The notes under the pieces were generated by a model. It was given only the letters and a program-made list of their open reading frames with translations. It was not told the origin of the DNA and searched no databases. From NCBI GenBank assembly GCA_037447605.1, contig CM074804.1, positions 2,790,001 to 2,854,000 on the forward strand: a stretch of 64,000 bases of DNA, written 5' to 3'. The DNA comes from Zygnema circumcarinatum SAG 698-1b. Taxonomy: Eukaryota; Plantae; Zygnematophyceae. The translations under genes were made by a program, and so were the position numbers. Shown piece after piece: positions 56,751 through 64,000 of the stretch (positions are counted from its first letter, which is position 1; every line of letters starts with the position of its first letter).

Positions 56751-58167
56751 TCAATATTTGTAGCCCTTCACGTGGAGGCTCTCTGTGGCAGCGTCGGAGG
56801 CAGCACCACCTCCGTACGTGCCCAGAGTAGCTTCTGAATTGGCCTTTGCGCGTTGCAAAAAGACTGCCTGGGCCTTCTCCACATTCTCATCCTTCCCAGC
56901 CCAAGTAGAAAGAGTGCTCTTCTGCAGAGCTCGGCCATAAGAGAAGGAAAGTGTCCATGGCTTCTTCGTCTCCAGCTTATTCATCGCATCCAAGTTGAGG
57001 GTGGCGTCCTCTTCACTTTGGCCTCCGGAAAGAAAGACAATTCCAGGCACCGCCGCAGGAACAGTCCTCTGAAGGGTTCGCACAGTGAATTCTCCAATGG
57101 TTTTATTGTCGACCTTTGGACCTTCCGAGCCGGGAGTGATCATGTTGGGCTTCAGCAGGCTTCCCTCCAAAAGCACTTTGTGCTCATTCAGAGCCTTATA
57201 CACAGCCGCAAAAACGCGTTCCGAGACTTCCGCACACTTCTCAATGCTGTGGCTTCCGTCCGTGAGAATCTCCGGCTCCACGATCGGAACAAGTCCATTT
57301 TCCTGACAGATGATAGCGTAGCGAGCCAGGCCCTGCGCATTCAGCTGAATAGAAAGTTCGGAGGGCTCCAACTCCCCGATCTTCAAGACTGCCCGCCACT
57401 TTGCAAAGCGAGCTCCCGCCTTGTAATACTCTGCGCAGCGCGCTCCCAAGCCATCGTGACCCTGCGTCGTGGTTTCTCCATTGGTTCCAGCAATATCCAC
57501 AACGCCCTTGTCGACTTTGATGCCGGGCAGAACGCCGGCTTCTGTGAGAACATCCACGAAGGGCTTTCCGGCTGCAGTCTTCTGGTAGAGCGTCTCCTCA
57601 AAGAGGATGACTCCGCTGAGGTATTGGAGAGCTCCGGGAGCTGTGAAGAGGAGCTCCCTCAGAGCTCTCCTGTTCGTTTCAACATTCTCCACATTGATGC
57701 TGGCGAGACGCTTTCCAATGGTGCCGGTGCTCTCATCGGCTGCAAGAATGCCTTTGCCAGGAGTGGCGATGTATTTGGCATTCTTGATGAGTTCATCTGC
57801 AAACGAACGCAGAGATCTAGGTTTCAGATTTTGAGGATTTGTAACAATATTCAAATGTCGGAATACAGGACGAGAAACGTAGTAGTGAGGAACTCATGTA
57901 GATTGCGAAATAATCGCCTAAGCCAGCATTTCAAGAGAAAAAAGGGTCTTCACCGTTCAGCTTCTACAAGATTTTATCACAAAATAGGAATCAAGAGTGA
58001 CTCCAATGGAAAAAGAAAATGAGCATATCTAAGCAAAAAAAAAAAGGGCGGAGGACTGCATCCACATAACTGTAAAAAAAAAAAAAAAATAGATCTTGGA
58101 AATTGCATACAGCAAGAACCTGTCTTTTTCTCACACAAACTCTCTCTCTCTTTCTCTCTCTCTCTCG

Positions 58168-58198
<31 letters not shown>

Positions 58199-58332
58199 CC
58201 TATCTCTCTCTCTCTCTCTCCCCCTCCCTTCAACTGATTCTGACTCACAGGGCAACGCTCTGATCCAGAACAAACCCTTCCCAGTCAACCTGTTTCCCGC
58301 TCACCTGCATACTTTCCCACATACGCAGACAT
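56751..58332 (-). CDS. FBA: Cytosolic class I fructose-bisphosphate aldolase; exons 58305-58332 and 56751-57796
   Basis: MSAYVGKYA|[62 protein letters not shown]; no transit peptide. Confidence 0.97.
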
Positions 58333-59172
58333 CTTGTCCGAAATGCGCGCGTGCAATGACAGCGCGGAGCACTAGCAGGTAGGTGATCTCCTCCAAAAAT
58401 TTGCTCGTTTCAAAATTTTCCTGCAGGTCGCTCGCGAGTCTTGAAGCAGCCGTGCCTGCACGCGTGCTCCAACAGGGGGGCTTCCAAAACCTTTTGCTGC
58501 CCCTGCCCCTCGGGCAGGGGCAGCAACAAAAAACGGGCAGCATAAAACCCGGCAGACCTCAAAAAGTGGGCACCTCTAAACACGTTTCCAGTGCCACCCA
58601 GCGCTTCCGGGCAGACAAATCTTTTGTGCAGGATCTTCATAGAGTTTTTCTCCTGCCCGGAAGAATGCGGTCAGCTGAGTCTAACCCTTGGAGCCACTCT
58701 GCGCCATTCGTCGCACGTGCGAAGGCGACAACGATTCCGGAATGGAATCTCGGAGCGCTGCCCGAAGGCACTTGCAGAATCGACGGCCAGAAGGTCGTCC
58801 GTACGAAATCCAGTCCTCGGCCACGCGCCACGTGGCACTTTCGGGATGCGCCGTACCGTACCCGAGAATCCGTAACCGCGCATGGGTGAGTCACACATGT
58901 AAGTTCCATGTGCAGTTAGTTGCATGCAAATGGGAATGACGCAGATTTCGCATTAGGCTCACATGGAAACTGAACCTCAAGCCTCTTGTGGGCGTGGAAC
59001 CACCCGGTCCTTAGAAGCCCAATTCTTTGAATGAATTTTCAGATTAATGCGCATGTCATTGTATCCAATGTACGTCTTATTTCCGAATGGCAACCCTCAA
59101 CTCCAAACATATAGACAGAATCTCTTGAACGAAGAGGCAAGCCCTCTGAACATACTGAAGAATACTGTCACG

Positions 59173-61023
59173 TCACGGATCCCTTGTCAGATCGTTCAAC
59201 TTTTGCAACTCCTCCAGTCCGACCACTTTTGTGGATCGGGGGTGTTCTCTGAGAGCAACTGACTCAGCAACTGAGAGCGAACTGGGTTCAACATGGAACC
59301 ACATGGAAAGGGCGTTTTCAACAGATTCAATGAATCCAGTCCGGGAAGCGACGTGGTCCTTCATTCGCGAAACGAAAGCGTCGTGCCCTCGGCCCTGCAT
59401 TTGCTCCAACCCCCCCTCCCCCCATAAGGATCGCAAGGTACAAACTTGCTACTATTGGGGGCCATAAAGCAAAAAAAAACCCACAAATGTTAAGCCCCGG
59501 CTATGTTTTAGGGATCAAAATGAAAGCCTCCAAAACTAGCACGCTGTAGGGTTTCATATAGAGCGTAAAACCTAGAGATTTCGAACCCCAAAATGCGTTT
59601 TTCCCGACCTTTGTTCACAAGGCAGAAGCATTGACCACCTTGAATCATAGAATTTAACTTCTCGGTCGTTGTAACCGCAACAAACGGATGGCTGACGAAC
59701 ACATTCACCTTGGAACAAAACGGGGAGGGCGCTCACCTGACGGTACTGAGGAGCCTTTTGGGGTATCTTCAAGTAGGACATCCGACGATCGTCGTAGTCC
59801 CAAAGGAAAGACGTGTGATGAAGCCATCGATTCTTCGTAATAGATTGCGCATTTCCTCCAAACTTTTTCTCTCCCAGAACATAATCTACGAAGACGCAAA
59901 TCCATGCTCCGCAACCGTTATCAGTTAAGCAAACAAGGACACAGACTTGCGCACAGTTGTACTGAAGACAAAACTGTGCCATCAGATGTTGCCAGCACTC
60001 CCTCTTCAAGAGCCACTCATCACAACACGATGTCCCAATTGCACCTCAAACCCTCATCGCATCACTTCCCTTCCAACTTCAGTCCCTCAAACTTCCTCCC
60101 TTCCTTACTCCTTCCCAACTGAGCGCCCTTCATATGCTCACCGTTCTCCCGGAGTTGAAAGCCTGGCACATTCTTGAAGGCCGGCACATAGAACTGCTCT
60201 GTCCACTGCATTATCGGGCGGGGGTAAAGAGCTACATGCGGAATGTCGCTAGCAGAGCAAATTAAAGTTACAAAAATGGTTCCCTCATCGACCACTACGG
60301 TGCCGCCACCACTGAAGCGTCTGATGACCTGGCAACCGTCCTGCATGACAGCTGGCAGCTCCAGAAGCTGAGCAGGTTTCCTGCACTGCAACGCCAAATG
60401 GGGAAAGCCGCACATTTAGAAGCCGTGATTAAGGTTTGGAAGTTTAGGGTTTTCAAGATATGTGCAGTGTCCATAGTTAAGGGATTTAGGAATGTAGGGT
60501 TTGCGCAAAAAGCAATCCAAAATCTCAGTCTTTCGACGTTCTGACAGGAGAAATTGGTGGAACTTCAGTTTTCCTCCCTCTCTCTCTATCTTTCTCCTTC
60601 TCAGGTATTTTACCTCCTGTCCTCTCCCTCATCCCTATCCTTCTTCCTCATCTCTCTCAGTATTCCCTCTCTCCCCTCCTCGTTTTTCATCTACCTGTCG
60701 GTTGTCCCTTTTCCCCTGTCCTTTTCCTCTCCCCTCTCTCCCCTCGCCCCTCTTACCGCTCCCCTCTCGCCACTCCCCTCGCCCCTCTCCCCGCTCCTCT
60801 CTCCCCTCTCTCCTCTCCCCTCTCCTCCCCCCCTCCCTCCCTCCCTCCCTCCCTCTTCTCACCCCGAGATGCCCATGACGACAGCGGGCGAGGCGGCCCC
60901 GTCGTTGATAAGGCACCAGCTGCGCGCGTCGGCGCGGAGGAGCGCTTCCTCCAGCTGCAGCTGCCGCAGGATGGGGAGCCCGCGCACCCGCACCAGCTGC
61001 ACGCTCGCCGCCCGCGCTGCCAT
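59173..61023 (-). CDS. LPLA: Lipoate-protein ligase A family protein, 4 exons
   Basis: LPILRQLQLEEALLR..VVMGISG|KP..IRRFSGGGTVVVD..|DYVLGEKKFGGNAQSITKNRWLHHTSFLWDYD..P.YRQ|GRGHDAFV. Confidence 0.9.
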
Positions 61024-61922
61024 GGCGCCCCCCTCCTCGCGCTGCTCCCTCCCTCCCCTCCCTTCCCGTGCTTCCCCCGAGCGCCCCCTTCCCCCTGCCA
61101 AGTCGAGGCCCCGCGCCGCGCCGGCCGTGCCGTGCCGTGCGTCCGTACAGCGCGCTGCCGCACTTCGTTCGTTCGCCCTGTACGGCCGGACCGGTCCGGT
61201 CAGGTCGGCTGCTGCCGCCGCCTGTCGCGAACAGGCCCCGCTCCGCCCCGCCCCGCCAGCGGCTCCACCAGGGAGGGAGGGCGGGAGGGCGGGAGGGTGG
61301 AGTGCGAGGCCCTCAGGGGGGGGCCCGCTGGAGCTGCCACGCGGCGGCCGCGTCCCTGCGCCACGCGGCAGTCGACCCGCGACGCGCCGTGACTGCCGGG
61401 CCGGCCGGGCGGGGTTCGAACCGCGCTCGCCCGCCCGCCAGAACAGGCCGCACGGGACGGCGCGGGGCGGGACCTCTCGCTCCCTCCCTCGCCCTGGAGT
61501 GTCGCCGCAGGGTGGCCAGTCAGCGCTTTTTCAACAATCGAAAAGGCGCGTCACGTTGCGAGCTTTCCTCCCCGGCAGCGTAGTCCAATGCGCCCTCGCC
61601 ACGTGGCGATTTTGAGCGTCCGCCGTGGCGGCAGGCTGCCGCCCCCGCGATCCGGACGCGTGCCAGCGTGGCACCGCGACCGCGTGCGGCGGCCAGGCTT
61701 TATCCTTTCGAGTCATGTGGCGCCGCCCTATTGGCATACGCGATCGCGTTCTGTGGAGCTTTCCACGGAGCGTTCCACCACGCGCAGACGTGGCAGCCAC
61801 GTCGGCGCCACGTCGACCAAGCCCGCCTTGCTGGAGCCTGAAACCCGCCCGCTCCCCATCAGCATCCACAGCCCTTCCTCCTGCAAACCTGGTGACGTCC
61901 CGGGCCGGACGCTGCAGTAGCC

Positions 61923-64000
61923 ATGAGGGCGGGCGCGGGGGCGCGGGGGCGGTGGAGCGCGCTGGCGGGGGCGTTCGCGGCCGCGCTGGCCATGGCGGCG
62001 GCGGGGGGAGGCGCGGGGGCAGGTGGGTGTGGCAGCAGCAGGACATTGCGCTCTTGCAGGAGGCGCTGGTGTGCGGAGGAGTCTGGTGTTCAAGCTCAGA
62101 TTTAGGGAGGGGGTCTTCTTTGAGCGATTTCATTGAAAATTTAAGTATTCAGGCTTCACAGAGCCAACAGTAGCAGAATTGAATTCAGATAAAAGGAAAA
62201 GTAATGTGGAATACATCAATTATAATAACTACAAAATGTATAAACCCCATCGCCAAAGACTGTTTGATCCACGTCTATAAGCTTCTAGCAGTTTGTATCT
62301 CGAAAGTTGAATGGCCGTCAATTCAATCATGAAGCCAGTCATCATGTGGCTTCATGTTCACATTCAGATAAGCCTAAAACGTAGCTTTTTGTCCTTTATC
62401 GACTGGATAGACTGATAGACAAACGTTACTTGTTATTCTTATATTTTCCAGGAGATTCATGTCCGTACATTACCAAAGTATTTGAAGGCGGCGATACAAA
62501 ACTGCTCCAATTCGGGGAAACCGATTGGCTCCCGGATGGCCGCATCATCCTTATTGACGGAACCAAGCCGTGCATTGTTAGTTTTTCGCCCTCCAAATGT
62601 CCAGGTACAATGCATCTTTCTAACCTTCAGTTGAAAGGAAATCGCTCGATTTCGAGTCCTGTGGCCTTGCGGACATTTGGGTTCTCGTTGGTATGTTGAT
62701 GCAACGAAATCATCATCTTTGACCACCCATCATGCATCATGTGTTGACTGTCATGCATTGACGTTTCTCTCATCATCATGCATGACCCATCATTACACAT
62801 CAGATATCACACACATCATTCGACAAGCTTCAATGCATCAACAGTCATCCATCCATCATCAGTCCATCATCCATCGTAGATCACACATCACATATCGCAT
62901 CATTCATCAGTCATCAAGCATCAAGACACCAATTTAGGATCCTTCACCAGCCACTACCTATCGTGCATCACACACCATTCAATATTAGCCGCAATCATGC
63001 ATGATCATCTTTGAATTGTTCTAAAGCGGCAATCCACGATTTCTCTATGTGATAGTAGAACCTTGTGGTTCGCGTATTAAAAAGTAGAGAACTAGTCTTT
63101 TCGCCGGCCTTGCAGAATGCACAATGGAAACTTTTGCAGGCGATTGTAACGTATCCGGATATGATGACGGCCGCGCAACATTGGCCAAATTTGGAACACT
63201 TTCTGACTTAGTCGCCGACCGACACGGCAACGTCTTCATCCTTGATAAGACGAATCATGCAATTCGCATGTACGTTGCGGCAACAGGTAGTTGTTGACAT
63301 CTTGAGGATAGTAATTGACTCATTCTTTCAGCTTTTCTATGTCTTGTAGGGGCTTCAGTCAAGTATTTGAAGGAGTAATTGATTGCATTTGTCATTATGT
63401 GCTGCAGGCAATGTAACAACTCTTGCAGGCGGAAAGTCCGAGTGTGAACCAGGTGATGACAAGTTCCATGAAGGTCTTGGTTACGTGGTCTATAACGAGG
63501 CCAACTGTTCGCTACTAGTGCTGGACAACTGGAAAAAGCAGATATGGGAAGTTAGACTGCCTGGAAACTGTAGTGATGCTGCTGCAGACGACAAAGCAGG
63601 AGACAACGATGGTTGGAATAACACCGGTGAGGATCATCCCCTTATCTTTTTAAATGTCATACTGTTCGTTCCAGAATATGTGGTCATGTTCCTCTGGTGT
63701 GTTTATGTGTGTATGCTGAGATTTGAATGGTTCTAAGGGTTTGCAGGATGGGCGAATATTGTTTTGGAGTGTGCCAAATGGGGAGGAGCGGCTCTGCTCG
63801 GCTCCCTCCTTACGTTGCTGGCAATGCGACCTGGCGGGGTCCGAAATGTATTTTTTATTCCAGTAATCATTGTGGTGAGCTACATGGACACTCTTATGCC
63901 CTAAACTTTTAAGACCTTTTTATGAGCAATACTTAAATAAATTAAGGAAAAAAAAGAAGGGGGAACATTTGGAACCAAATGCTATGTTATATAAACAAGA
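61923..64000 (+). CDS. NHL-repeat secreted/membrane protein, 3'-partial
   Basis: Signal-like N-terminus; ETFAG..GYDDG..AKF..LVADRHGNVFILDKTNHAIR..GNVTTLAGG..VVY..CSLLVLD..QIWEVRLP, resembling plant NHL-domain proteins; a hydrophobic exon at ~63746-63850. Confidence 0.75.

Noticed and set aside
56853-58022. 389-aa antisense ORF over the aldolase
   Set aside because: Shadow frame of a codon-biased conserved gene; no recognisable domain

Overview
Eukaryotic nuclear DNA from a streptophyte green plant. It has GT-AG introns, plastid-targeted genes, a plant-type tRNA-Pro and TTTAGGG telo-boxes. The high gene density and very long CT/GA-rich introns suggest a streptophyte alga or another compact non-seed-plant genome, but that is inference only. 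I could reconstruct 14 protein-coding genes by hand: a CRLK1-like receptor kinase, SNF7/VPS32, E2F, an N-myristoylated F-box/LRR protein, pTAC13/NusG, NOB1, SPCS1, CPN60 alpha, RPS27, FAM204A-like, a CRF-type AP2/ERF, cytosolic aldolase, lipoate-protein ligase A, and a partial NHL-repeat protein. There are also two identical, convergent tRNA-Pro(CGG) genes. The best-supported unexpected structure is a family of non-autonomous long-TIR elements. One copy (21607-22624) sits inside another copy of the same family (21064-23047). A 138-bp miniature (9090-9227) carries telomere-like repeats in its core. Each of the three is flanked by its own perfect 8-bp target-site duplication. Other notable items are a frameshifted MYB-repeat exon, an in-frame telomere-repeat insertion in the NOB1 PIN domain, an ectodomain on a CRLK1-type kinase, and several phased cis-element clusters. 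The assembly has 10-N gaps and local duplications, so some anomalies may be artefacts. No database searches were run; family assignments come from recalled motif similarity.
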